From Candidatus Parcubacteria bacterium (GTDB taxonomy: Bacteria > Patescibacteriota > Minisyncoccia > Phycocordibacterales > SBAW01), in assembly GCA_019661855.1 (NCBI GenBank), contig JAIFWM010000001.1, positions 1 through 36,509 of the forward strand: DNA of 36,509 nucleotides. The letters are read 5' to 3'. Made by a program: the position numbers and the translations under genes. The notes under the pieces are model-generated. The model worked only from the letters and a program-made list of their open reading frames with translations. It made no database searches and was not told where the DNA came from. Of this stretch, positions 6,627 to 16,897 are shown one piece after another; positions within the stretch are counted from its first letter, which is position 1, and every line of letters starts with the position of its first letter.

Positions 6627-7720
6627 GGCGACTCCTTTACCCATTTTTGTGCTTCTTCAACAAGTTTTTCGCGGCACTTGTGAAGCAGGACTTGGACGCT
6701 TATTAAGATACTCGGTGGTTTAGGTTTATGTAACCACTTTTTTAATAGAGTGGCTTCTTTTTCCATTCGGCGTTGCTCTAGAAACGCGTATTCCATAAGC
6801 TCAGTGAATATTCCAAAGTACGGAGTGTCATCAAGTGTTTTTTCATCGGACGTGCAGATCCAAGGAACATCGAGCGCCCCATGAAGCTGATGGTCTGCGA
6901 GCAGTTTCTCCATTTCTTTCATCAACTCGTCGCCGAGGTCATTCCAGAAGTCCCCATTCTGCGAATGGACAAGAAGCGTCGCAAGCAAATTCACGTTCAT
7001 AATGTCCTGACGTGATTCGCACGGCACCACATCGGTTCTTTGCGTATTGAACGGTAATTCATCTCGTATGTGAGGTCTGTCTTCTCTACGCTCCCAATAT
7101 TTGAAGTTACGGATGAGTTGTCCATTTCCATCCCAAATCGCAAGCCTCCTTCCTCGTTTGAGGTTCGGGTGATCGGGGTGATTCGCAAACGTTGTCTCTA
7201 GATCCTCGAGTTTGTAGCGTCGAATCACATCTGAACCAAGATAGAAGCCGACCGACAAAAATGCTGCTCGTTTGAGTTCGAGTCGACCGGGTGAACAGAC
7301 CTGAATCTGCACTTTTGGATTGTTGAAGATTTGCGTATTGGTCGAACGCTCCAAACATTCGAGAAGTTCGATAGCAGCAGGTGCATTGCCTGCAGGAGGC
7401 AAGACAATGCATGAGACGCCCTTTGCATGTCGATAAGGGCGATTACTGTCCCCTAAATAGTGCGTAGTTTTTACCGCATCTTCAAAGAACTTTTCTACAT
7501 CGGGAAACTCTTCAAGAAGGTGAAGTTTGATCCCCACCGTGAGTAACCCATGTTGAACTTTGCGGTAGTTTGCTCGCAAGCGTTTGACTTGCGAGGGAGA
7601 AGCGCGCTTGAGCGCATCAAGCAGCATCTCAAAACTAAATCCCGCGTCAAACATTGGTGCGACCTTTCGTGTGCGTTTGAATGTGATCCACAAGAACCGG
7701 AGAATGTAGAAAAACTGCAA
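6623..7720 (-). CDS. Hypothetical protein, 365 aa (343 aa if translation starts at ATG 7654)
   Basis: A long clean ORF. The TTG at 7720 has an SD sequence AGGGAG 7 nt upstream; ATG 7654 is the alternative start. No motif is recognised. Confidence 0.7.
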   Translation of the reverse strand: MQFFYILRFLWITFKRTRKVAPMFDAGFSFEMLLDALKRASPSQVKRLRANYRKVQHGLLTVGIKLHLLEEFPDVEKFFEDAVKTTHYLGDSNRPYRHAKGVSCIVLPPAGNAPAAIELLECLERSTNTQIFNNPKVQIQVCSPGRLELKRAAFLSVGFYLGSDVIRRYKLEDLETTFANHPDHPNLKRGRRLAIWDGNGQLIRNFKYWERREDRPHIRDELPFNTQRTDVVPCESRQDIMNVNLLATLLVHSQNGDFWNDLGDELMKEMEKLLADHQLHGALDVPWICTSDEKTLDDTPYFGIFTELMEYAFLEQRRMEKEATLLKKWLHKPKPPSILISVQVLLHKCREKLVEEAQKWVKESP

Positions 7721-7783
7721 GGCACTTCTCCCTGGTGTGAGGTTCGTCTTATCTGAATGTAATCGAAAAAACTGTTTTGTCCA

Positions 7784-8020
7784 TTACAAAATGACGGTAG
7801 CGCCGTCGTGGCGGACCTCTATAACCCCACCCTCTACAGGAAAAGTTTGACCTTTATCGTCCACAGTTTTGCGCACGGTGATTTCCCCTTTTTTTAGGGT
7901 CGAGATAAGCGGCATATGTTCGCCTAAAATAGTCATCTCACCTGCAGCGCCAGGAACAGTCAGGCTGTGTGCCTCACCTTCAAATAAGTTTTGATCAACT
8001 TTAGCAATAACCACACGCAT
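7784..8020 (-). CDS. atpC: F1 ATP synthase epsilon subunit, short form (78 aa, beta-sandwich only)
   Basis: It is the last gene of the atp operon. VVIAKVDQNLFEGEAHSLTVPGAAGEMTILGEHMPLIS matches the N-terminal domain of epsilon. Confidence 0.85.
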   Translation of the reverse strand: MRVVIAKVDQNLFEGEAHSLTVPGAAGEMTILGEHMPLISTLKKGEITVRKTVDDKGQTFPVEGGVIEVRHDGATVIL

Positions 8021-8024
8021 ATTT

Positions 8025-10374
<2,350 letters not shown>

Positions 10375-10379
10375 ATTAA

Positions 10380-11942
10380 TTATGCGACGAACAAGTCTGG
10401 ATGTGTTTGGGTAAACTTCTCGAGTTGTGTTTTAAGCTCTGCCTCGGTTTGAGCAGCCAATACTTTTGAGCTTTTGATGCTCTCAAGAATAAACTTAGCG
10501 TTTGACTCTAAATACGAGAGCAGCTTTTCCTCAAACTCGGGTACGCGCTCTACCGGCACTTTTTCTAAGTATCCGTTAGTTGCAGCAAAAATGATAACTG
10601 TTTGACGTTCAAAGCCGATAGGCTCACCGTTGCGCTGCTTTAATGTTGCCATCATACGCTGACCACTGTCGATACGCTTTTTAGTATCGGGGTCTAAGTC
10701 TTGAGCAAACTGCATAAACGCCTCAAGTTCACGAAACTGTGCGAGTTCAAGCTTAATTTTGCCCGAAACTTTTTTCATCGCTTTGGTTTGAGCAGCCGAA
10801 CCAACGCGCGACACCGAGATACCCGCGTTAATTGCCGGGCGCATACCTTTGTTAAAGAGATCACTCTCAAGAAAGATCTGTCCATCGGTAATAGAAATAA
10901 CGTTGGTTGGGATGTAACCCGAAACGTCACCTTCCTGCGTCTCAATGATAGGCAGCGCAGTGAGCGACCCACCACCTTTTTCATCAGACAGTTTTGCTGC
11001 ACGTTCAAGCAAACGTGAGTGGAGGTAAAAGACATCGCCCGGGTATGCCTCGCGGCCAGGTGGACGTCGCAAGAGAAGCGAGAGTTGTCGGTATGCTACT
11101 GCGTGTTTAGAAAGATCGTCATAAATAATGAGCGCGTCGCGACCCTTGTCTAAAAAGTATTCGCCGATAGCTGCACCAGCAAACGGTGCCAAGTACTGCA
11201 GCGCTGCAGGAGCAGATGAACCTGCGTCAACAACAATCGTGTACTCCCCTGCACCTTGGTCTTTTAGCTGCTGCATCAAGCGCGCAGTCTTACTCTCCTT
11301 TTGTCCGATAGCGACATATATACATATTGGGCGAGACTCTGCGGGTTCGCTCTTTTGATTTAAAATCGTGTCGATCGCGATAGTAGTTTTGCCGGTGTAA
11401 CGGTCGCCGATGATAAGCTCGCGCTGACCACGACCTATTGGGATCATCGAGTCGATTGCTTTAATACCAGTGTGGAGTGGCGTGTTAACTGACTGACGGT
11501 CAATAACACCGTATGCCTCGCGCTCGATTGCGTTCCGCTGCGTGAACGCAATCGCCCCGAGCCCGTCGAGGGGCTTTCCTAAAGCATCTACAACTCTACC
11601 TATCAACCCTTCACCAACCCCGATAGAAAGTACCTCGCCGGTTGAAACAACAGTCATACCCTCCGCCACCTTGCCCGTGTCTCCTAAAATAATTGCGCGC
11701 ACCGACGACTCCTCGAGGTTTAAGACCACTCCATATATTTCAGACGGGCCTTCAAGTGCATCTTTAAGGGCCTTGCCGTGAGTAATTTCAAACTTCACCA
11801 TCTCGGACATGACAGCACCCTGCAAACCTTCGATCTCGGCAACGCCGTCTTGCACGCGCATGACCACACCCGTGTTAGCGGGGCGCTCTGTTGGAGTAAA
11901 CCCTTCGATCTCTTTTTTAAATTGTTCAATAAAGTCAGCCAT
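10380..11942 (-). CDS. atpA: F1 ATP synthase alpha subunit
   Basis: Walker A motif GDRYTGKT. The protein is 520 aa with conserved alpha-subunit blocks throughout. Confidence 0.97.
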   Translation of the reverse strand: MADFIEQFKKEIEGFTPTERPANTGVVMRVQDGVAEIEGLQGAVMSEMVKFEITHGKALKDALEGPSEIYGVVLNLEESSVRAIILGDTGKVAEGMTVVSTGEVLSIGVGEGLIGRVVDALGKPLDGLGAIAFTQRNAIEREAYGVIDRQSVNTPLHTGIKAIDSMIPIGRGQRELIIGDRYTGKTTIAIDTILNQKSEPAESRPICIYVAIGQKESKTARLMQQLKDQGAGEYTIVVDAGSSAPAALQYLAPFAGAAIGEYFLDKGRDALIIYDDLSKHAVAYRQLSLLLRRPPGREAYPGDVFYLHSRLLERAAKLSDEKGGGSLTALPIIETQEGDVSGYIPTNVISITDGQIFLESDLFNKGMRPAINAGISVSRVGSAAQTKAMKKVSGKIKLELAQFRELEAFMQFAQDLDPDTKKRIDSGQRMMATLKQRNGEPIGFERQTVIIFAATNGYLEKVPVERVPEFEEKLLSYLESNAKFILESIKSSKVLAAQTEAELKTQLEKFTQTHPDLFVA

Positions 11943-11949
11943 TTTCTTC

Positions 11950-12186
11950 TTAATTATTTTGGACTAGTTTCTTATAGAGCTCGAGCAAAATTCGGGTTCG
12001 TTCTTTTTGGGGTGTGACTTGGGCGTGCATGTCGGATCTTTTTTTAGCCAAAACTAACTTTTGGTATTCACTAAAAATGCTGGGGAGTAGTTTAGTATGA
12101 CCGCGCCGTGTTAATACCTCTCGCAAGCGCTTAAGGTCAGGATTTTGTAGCTCAAAGAGCGCTTTAGCGTAGTCGTGTGCAATCAT
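11950..12186 (-). CDS. atpH: ATP synthase delta (OSCP)-like subunit, strongly shortened (78 aa)
   Basis: It lies between atpF and atpA. The [10 protein letters not shown] start and the [13 protein letters not shown] segment resemble delta motifs. Confidence 0.7.
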   Translation of the reverse strand: MIAHDYAKALFELQNPDLKRLREVLTRRGHTKLLPSIFSEYQKLVLAKKRSDMHAQVTPQKERTRILLELYKKLVQNN

Positions 12187-12195
12187 TTTATTTAT

Positions 12196-12642
12196 TCATC
12201 TGTTATTTAGGCTGGCCTTTTCCATCCCAAGCACAATGAGTTTGGCGACCTCCTCCTTACTCTCGCGCAAGGCTGAAGCTTTGAGCTCCCCGGCTTGTGC
12301 CTCTGCATCTTTAAGCATCGACGCCGCTGCGACCTCGCCCGCTGCAAGAATGTCCTTCTCCTTCTGTATAGCTGCCGCGCGTGCTGCCGCAAGTGCTTCG
12401 TCGGCCTCCTTGCCTGCTTTGGCCAAGATGTCGCCACGTGAGTGCTCTATCTCTTGTTTGGTGCGTGCTGCAGACTCAGCGTCGCGGACTCCATCCGCGA
12501 CCTTTTGGCGTCGTTCTTCGAGCATGCGCATGATCGGGCCATACAAAAAGTATGTCAGAGCTGCCATCAACAAGCCAAAGTTAATTGCCTGAATGAGAAG
12601 CAACCTCCAATCTATGCCAAATACTCCAAGAATCGACTCCAT
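12196..12642 (-). CDS. atpF: Fo ATP synthase b subunit
   Basis: An N-terminal TM helix is followed by a long Ala/Glu/Lys-rich helix. Its position in the operon agrees. Confidence 0.9.
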   Translation of the reverse strand: MESILGVFGIDWRLLLIQAINFGLLMAALTYFLYGPIMRMLEERRQKVADGVRDAESAARTKQEIEHSRGDILAKAGKEADEALAAARAAAIQKEKDILAAGEVAAASMLKDAEAQAGELKASALRESKEEVAKLIVLGMEKASLNNR

Positions 12643-12648
12643 GTTTTT

Positions 12649-13610
<962 letters not shown>

Positions 13611-13617
13611 TGCTCCT

Positions 13618-13626
13618 ACTGTATCA
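13618..13626 (-). promoter_or_regulatory. Extended -10 TGaTACAGT, 7 nt upstream of atpB ATG 13610
   Basis: The minus strand reads TGATACAGT-aggagca-ATG. The GGAG is only 2 nt from the ATG, too close for a normal SD sequence. Confidence 0.45.
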
Positions 13627-13644
13627 AAACTGGCCCTAAACACA

Positions 13645-13697
13645 ATCTAAAAAATAAAGAGCCGGCGCAGCAGAGGTTTCCCTCGCGCGCCGGCTCT
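13645..13697 (-). terminator. Strong rho-independent terminator just upstream of atpB
   Basis: The structure has an 11-bp stem, AGAGCCGGCGC / GCGCCGGCTCT, and a 4-bp apical stem with a GAAA loop. On the minus strand it is followed by TTATTTTTT. Confidence 0.8.
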
Positions 13698-13724
13698 CGC
13701 CCGCCCCGTAACTAACTGCCGGAT

Positions 13725-13753
13725 ACCATAACCCGGGGGGAAATAGAAGTCAA
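13725..13753 (-). promoter_or_regulatory. Sigma70-like promoter TTGACT-17-TATGGT
   Basis: The -35 hexamer is at 13748-13753 and the -10 at 13725-13730, both on the minus strand. The predicted transcript would run about 70 nt into terminator 13645-13697. Confidence 0.4.
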
Positions 13754-13826
13754 GTAAGAGCCACCTACCCAAGCCCGTCTTAATGAAAGTCCGGTAAAGG
13801 ACCATTAGGAGCTAAAGAATTAAATT

Positions 13827-14042
13827 ATGCCTTTTATTGCAATATTCGCAGCTATTGTTATTGGTCTTGGTGGTAGCGTAAGCCTTGCTGCCGAGCGCTC
13901 ACAACCAGGCGACACGCTCTACCCTGTTAAGACTCACGTTAACGATGAGGTTCGCGCAATGGTTACTGGCGAAGCTCACACTGACGTTGAAGCAAATAGT
14001 GGCCTTAACCTTGGTGTTGACGTAGACGCATCAGTTCGCTAA
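13827..14042 (+). CDS. Small N-terminally anchored secreted protein, 71 aa
   Basis: An N-terminal TM segment (MPFIAIFAAIVIGLGGSVSLAA) is followed by PGDTLYPVK. From memory, this resembles the start of DUF5667-type proteins common in reduced genomes. Confidence 0.55.
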   Translation: MPFIAIFAAIVIGLGGSVSLAAERSQPGDTLYPVKTHVNDEVRAMVTGEAHTDVEANSGLNLGVDVDASVR

Positions 14043-14537
14043 CCACACCACCCCTAGTACTGCTAGTACCAGTACGCATTGAAGCCCCAGAGCAACTGAG
14101 AACGTTGTATTGATGGGGCTTTTTTGCTGGATCCAAATATGAAATTTTTGCAGCGGCAACAAAATTTTTGTATGCGTCTTAAAATACAAAAATTGCAATG
14201 CGTCGGGAAATTCTCCTGCGAACGCCCCAATAAGTGCGATTAGTGGCGATATCTGAAAGAACCAAACAAAAATTGCAATACTTGCCACTAAGCCAAGCAT
14301 GCCGTCAAAGCAAATCCACGCGAGATCGCTGATTGAATTTTTGTTAAGTACAAAGTCGTTGTTGAGCGGGTGTTCGTCGTCCTCTCGAAATGAAGACAAT
14401 AAATCGCCATAATCTTTGTGTGGTATTGCGTCTATTGCCAAGTGGCTCACAAACCCGGCAACAAATGCCCATACCGGATGTTGAGGCACCACTGCCGCTG
14501 CTGCCGCACCAACGATCGCGTGTGTAGTTAAGGTCAT
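14031..14537 (-). CDS. Membrane-bound metal-dependent hydrolase-like protein (YdjM/DUF457 type)
   Basis: The 168-aa multi-TM protein has N-terminal MTLTTHAIVGAAAA and HLAIDAIPH histidines, typical of the family. Confidence 0.65.
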   Translation of the reverse strand: MTLTTHAIVGAAAAAVVPQHPVWAFVAGFVSHLAIDAIPHKDYGDLLSSFREDDEHPLNNDFVLNKNSISDLAWICFDGMLGLVASIAIFVWFFQISPLIALIGAFAGEFPDALQFLYFKTHTKILLPLQKFHIWIQQKSPINTTFSVALGLQCVLVLAVLGVVWLAN

Positions 14538-14544
14538 AAAGAGA

Positions 14545-14552
14545 AGTATACT
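14545..14552. promoter_or_regulatory. Palindromic AGTATACT that supplies a TATACT -10 hexamer in both directions
   Basis: The plus strand reads TATACT-ggagag-ATG (14559). The minus strand reads TATACT-tctcttt-ATG (14537). The whole divergent spacer is only 21 bp. Confidence 0.5.
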
Positions 14553-14558
14553 GGAGAG

Positions 14559-14978
14559 ATGTGGATTATCTACACCCTTGCGGCAACGCTCGCGGTCTCA
14601 ATGTCGGACGCGATGCGAAAACTAGGGAGCACTTTGCAAGATCCGTTTCAAAACAATTTGGTTTTTCAAATTGGTTCGGTCACCACCGCCTTGATCCTTT
14701 GGCTCGTGTTTAGCCGACACTTTGAACTGCAGCCAACACGCGGCATCGTGTATGCGTTAATAGGCGGCTCACTCATCGCAGTGTTTACTGCACTTTTATT
14801 TAAAGCGCTTGCAATAGGTCCTGGAGTCTCAACCGTGGTGCCTATCATTCGTGTCGGCGGAATCTTGTTAGTGGGACTTTTTGGTGTTCTTTTTTTTCAA
14901 GAAAAGCTAACCTGGAGCATGGCTCTTGGCGGTTTGCTCGCCCTTGGTGGCGTGTATCTTATTTTGTCAGGAAAATAA
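14559..14978 (+). CDS. Small EamA/DMT-family transporter (single EamA domain)
   Basis: The protein is 139 aa with 4-5 TM helices. Its C-terminal pattern FQEKLTWSMALGGLLALGGVYLI is typical of EamA domains. Confidence 0.75.
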   Translation: MWIIYTLAATLAVSMSDAMRKLGSTLQDPFQNNLVFQIGSVTTALILWLVFSRHFELQPTRGIVYALIGGSLIAVFTALLFKALAIGPGVSTVVPIIRVGGILLVGLFGVLFFQEKLTWSMALGGLLALGGVYLILSGK

Positions 14979-15052
14979 TGGTCGGGACGCCGAGAATCGA
15001 ACTCGGATTTCGCGCACCCGAAGCGCGTATAATTCCATTATAAGACGTCCCG
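14979..15052 (-). tRNA. tRNA-Pro (CGG), with CCA encoded
   Basis: Hand-folded. The acceptor stem is CGGGACG/CGTCCCG. The anticodon stem is CGCGC/GCGCG with loop TTCGGGT (G37). The T arm is CCGAG-TTCGATT-CTCGG and the 3' end is ACCA. The D arm is AT-rich and atypical. Confidence 0.85.
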
Positions 15053-15053
15053 G

Positions 15054-15127
15054 TGCACTCTGGAGGATTCGAACCACCGACCTCACCCGTGTGAAGGGTG
15101 CGCTCTAACCAACTGAGCTAAGAGTGC
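15054..15127 (-). tRNA. tRNA-Val (CAC), no CCA encoded
   Basis: The acceptor stem is GCACTCT/AGAGTGC and the D arm is GCTC-AGTTGGTTA-GAGC. The anticodon stem is CACCC/GGGTG with loop TTCACAC. The T arm is GGTGG-TTCGAAT-CCTCC, with one U-U mismatch. Confidence 0.85.
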
Positions 15128-15162
15128 CGATTTGAAAATAATATACTATTTTTAAGTTATAT

Positions 15163-15170
15163 TGTAGAAT
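15163..15170 (+). promoter_or_regulatory. Candidate -10 (TG-TAGAAT) for tRNA-Ala
   Basis: It lies in the AT-rich 52-bp spacer between divergent tRNA genes. The hexamer ends 9 nt before tRNA position +1. Confidence 0.3.
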
Positions 15171-15179
15171 GTCCCGAAC

Positions 15180-15252
15180 GGGCCCTTAGCTTAGTTGGTA
15201 GAGCGCCTCATTTGCAATGAGGAGGTCACCGGTTCGAATCCGGTAGGGTCCA
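15180..15252 (+). tRNA. tRNA-Ala (UGC)
   Basis: The acceptor stem GGGCCCT/AGGGTCC carries the G3:U70 alanine identity pair. The anticodon loop is TTTGCAA and the T arm is ACCGG-TTCGAAT-CCGGT. No CCA is encoded. Confidence 0.92.
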
Positions 15253-15441
15253 CAAATTCACGATTAATTATGTTTTCAGTCAAGGGCGCCAAACCGACCA
15301 AATATTGCGGTTATAGACAGCTTATCCCCACTTTGTCCCCACACTATACACACTCGTCTTCATGGACTCTTTAGGTAAGTCACTGCATACTCGCTAGCGG
15401 CAAGGAAAGTACGTTGTTCCTACAACCCACAGGGGAAAACT

Positions 15442-15552
15442 ATGCGAGCAATCGCCCGCACGCTTAAACGGCGCCACTGGCACCTGCTTGGCCTATTTAT
15501 GGCCATAAGCTTTATTACCTGTTTACTGTTCTACTGGCCTGTTATTCGATAG
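15442..15552 (+). CDS. 36-aa micro-protein with a basic N-terminus and one TM helix (MRAIARTLKRRHWHLLGLFMAISFITCLLFYWPVIR)
   Basis: A purine-rich AGGGGAAAA stretch lies just upstream of the ATG. A structured region and a terminator follow. The ORF is below the cutoff of the supplied ORF track. Confidence 0.35.
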   Translation: MRAIARTLKRRHWHLLGLFMAISFITCLLFYWPVIR

Positions 15553-15608
15553 TGCTGCCACCCCCGATGCCCCACCCGGCAGCACTTGGTGTGCCCCCCG
15601 CGCACACC
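15552..15608 (+). other. Two stable hairpins with C-rich loops
   Basis: The first stem is GTGCTGCC/GGCAGCAC with loop ACCCCCGATGCCCCACCC. The second is GGTGTGC/GCACACC with loop CCCCCGC. Confidence 0.6.
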
Positions 15609-15610
15609 GA

Positions 15611-15647
15611 AGCGGTCGCCTCCCCCCAGGCGGCCGCTTTTATTTTT
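15611..15647 (+). terminator. Rho-independent terminator (third C-loop hairpin)
   Basis: An 11-bp stem, AGCGGTCGCCT/AGGCGGCCGCT (one G-U pair), with loop CCCCCC, followed by TTTATTTTT. The T-tract overlaps the stop codon of the convergent gene 15640-15978. Confidence 0.75.
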
Positions 15648-15978
15648 CTAACTCGTCTATTTTAGCGGCCAATATGAAATCATTTTCAGAAAGCCCGTGA
15701 ATTGCGTGAGTAGTTAGCTCTACCCCCACGTGCCCCCAACCAACGTTTAGCTCGGGATGATGATTTTCCTCGTCAGCAATTTTTGCAATTTTGTTTGCAA
15801 AAGTCATTGCATCCGCAAAATTTTTAAATCTAAACTCCCGTACGAGCAAATGTGCATCGTCTATAAGCATCCACTCATCATTAAGTTCTTCTGTACGCAG
15901 CTTTTCAGCCTCTTTGGGTGAGAGGGCCTCTACTCCACCTTCGCACGGTATGCATCTTTTTTTAGCTAATTTACTCAT
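15640..15978 (-). CDS. Pterin-4-alpha-carbinolamine dehydratase (PCD/DCoH family)
   Basis: The 112-aa protein carries the motif EENHHPELNVGWGHVGVELTTH, characteristic of PCD. Confidence 0.9.
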   Translation of the reverse strand: MSKLAKKRCIPCEGGVEALSPKEAEKLRTEELNDEWMLIDDAHLLVREFRFKNFADAMTFANKIAKIADEENHHPELNVGWGHVGVELTTHAIHGLSENDFILAAKIDELEK

Positions 15979-15981
15979 ATG

Positions 15982-16881
15982 TTATTTTGGTCTACGCGCT
16001 AAAGATAGCACATGATCCAGGAAGTGTGACAATTTAACCCCAATCGCATGAAGTGATTTAGAAAATTGACCCTCTCCGTGAAGCCCCACTCCCGCAGCTG
16101 AATGAGTATCAATAAAATACACCCCACGTTTGGAGACAACAAAGTTTGAGTGCGAGTAGTGGCCCAAGTTAAGGCCTTGGTGTATCACACGCGCGGCATC
16201 CATGAGCGTTCTTTTTTCATGGGGCAAGAAGAGTCCTGGCACCCGCTCCTTTTCTGCAGGAAAAAGTGTATAAAGCTTTTCGTTACGAAAGTCATCTATC
16301 ACCCCAACACTCGCCTCTTTGCCGTTAATCATCTCCTCTAACAATGCCTTAGGCGAGCGCTGCCAAACGCGCTCTAAGCCATTTTGGAGCGAATGAAAAT
16401 CCTCTGCCACTACCCGCAAATCTCCCGACACGGTTTTGATAACAGCAGGATGCGGAAAGGTACGAAACAATTCAAACGCCACCTCTTCTATGTTTGGATT
16501 TTGCTCCACCACTTTGCCGTAAGGCACTTTAAGACCAAGCCCACGCGCAACCGAGCGCGCATGGTGCTTATTAAATGCAAGGATTGATGCAGCAGCCGAG
16601 GCACCGGTGTAGGGTACGTGTAGTGAATCTAAAATTTTATGCAACTCTCCCCCCTCACCGTAGTTGCCATGTACTACGTTAAAAACTACATCAACACCCT
16701 GGAGCGCTCGCGCAGGGAACATCGGCACACCACTTTGGTGCCACATGTTTTGTCTATCAATAAAAATATCGCGCGGGTCATATTTGTCGCGATCAAGGGC
16801 TTGCAGCACTTCAGCGCCCGTCTTTAACGACGCTTCATATTTATTTTCGCCACCGCGCAATACGCCAACTATCGTCCGCAT
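15982..16881 (-). CDS. ddl: D-alanine--D-alanine ligase
   Basis: The 299-aa ATP-grasp protein has N-terminal GVLRGGENKYEASLKTG and the segments FNVVHGNYGEGGELHKILDSLHVPYTG, both typical of Ddl. Confidence 0.88.
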   Translation of the reverse strand: MRTIVGVLRGGENKYEASLKTGAEVLQALDRDKYDPRDIFIDRQNMWHQSGVPMFPARALQGVDVVFNVVHGNYGEGGELHKILDSLHVPYTGASAAASILAFNKHHARSVARGLGLKVPYGKVVEQNPNIEEVAFELFRTFPHPAVIKTVSGDLRVVAEDFHSLQNGLERVWQRSPKALLEEMINGKEASVGVIDDFRNEKLYTLFPAEKERVPGLFLPHEKRTLMDAARVIHQGLNLGHYSHSNFVVSKRGVYFIDTHSAAGVGLHGEGQFSKSLHAIGVKLSHFLDHVLSLARRPK

Positions 16882-16887
16882 ATTCCT

Positions 16888-16893
16888 AGTATA
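16888..16893 (-). promoter_or_regulatory. -10 hexamer TATACT, 6 nt upstream of ddl ATG 16881
   Basis: The minus strand reads TATACT-aggaat-ATG, inside the 16-nt gap after the aminotransferase stop codon. Confidence 0.4.
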
Positions 16894-16897
16894 TAAC

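Noticed and set aside
12207-12592. Ala/Arg/Ser-rich ORFs overlapping atpF in other frames (12207-12437 on the minus strand, 12236-12592 on the plus strand).
   Set aside because: They are shadows of the GC-rich, Ala/Glu-rich coiled-coil coding region of the b subunit.
13658-13697. A hairpin with a GNRA tetraloop and an asymmetric internal loop, considered as SRP (4.5S) RNA domain IV.
   Set aside because: The conserved SRP loop nucleotides (GGAA tetraloop context, AGCA/AGG symmetric loop) are not present. A U-tract directly follows on the minus strand, so an intrinsic terminator is the simpler reading.
13783-13800. GAAAGTCCGG on the plus strand resembles the conserved P4 segment of RNase P RNA.
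   Set aside because: The intergenic space is under 190 nt. The other universally conserved RNase P blocks (for example ACAGAAnCCGGCUUA) and the helices are absent, and an RBS and ORF follow immediately. The match is a coincidence.
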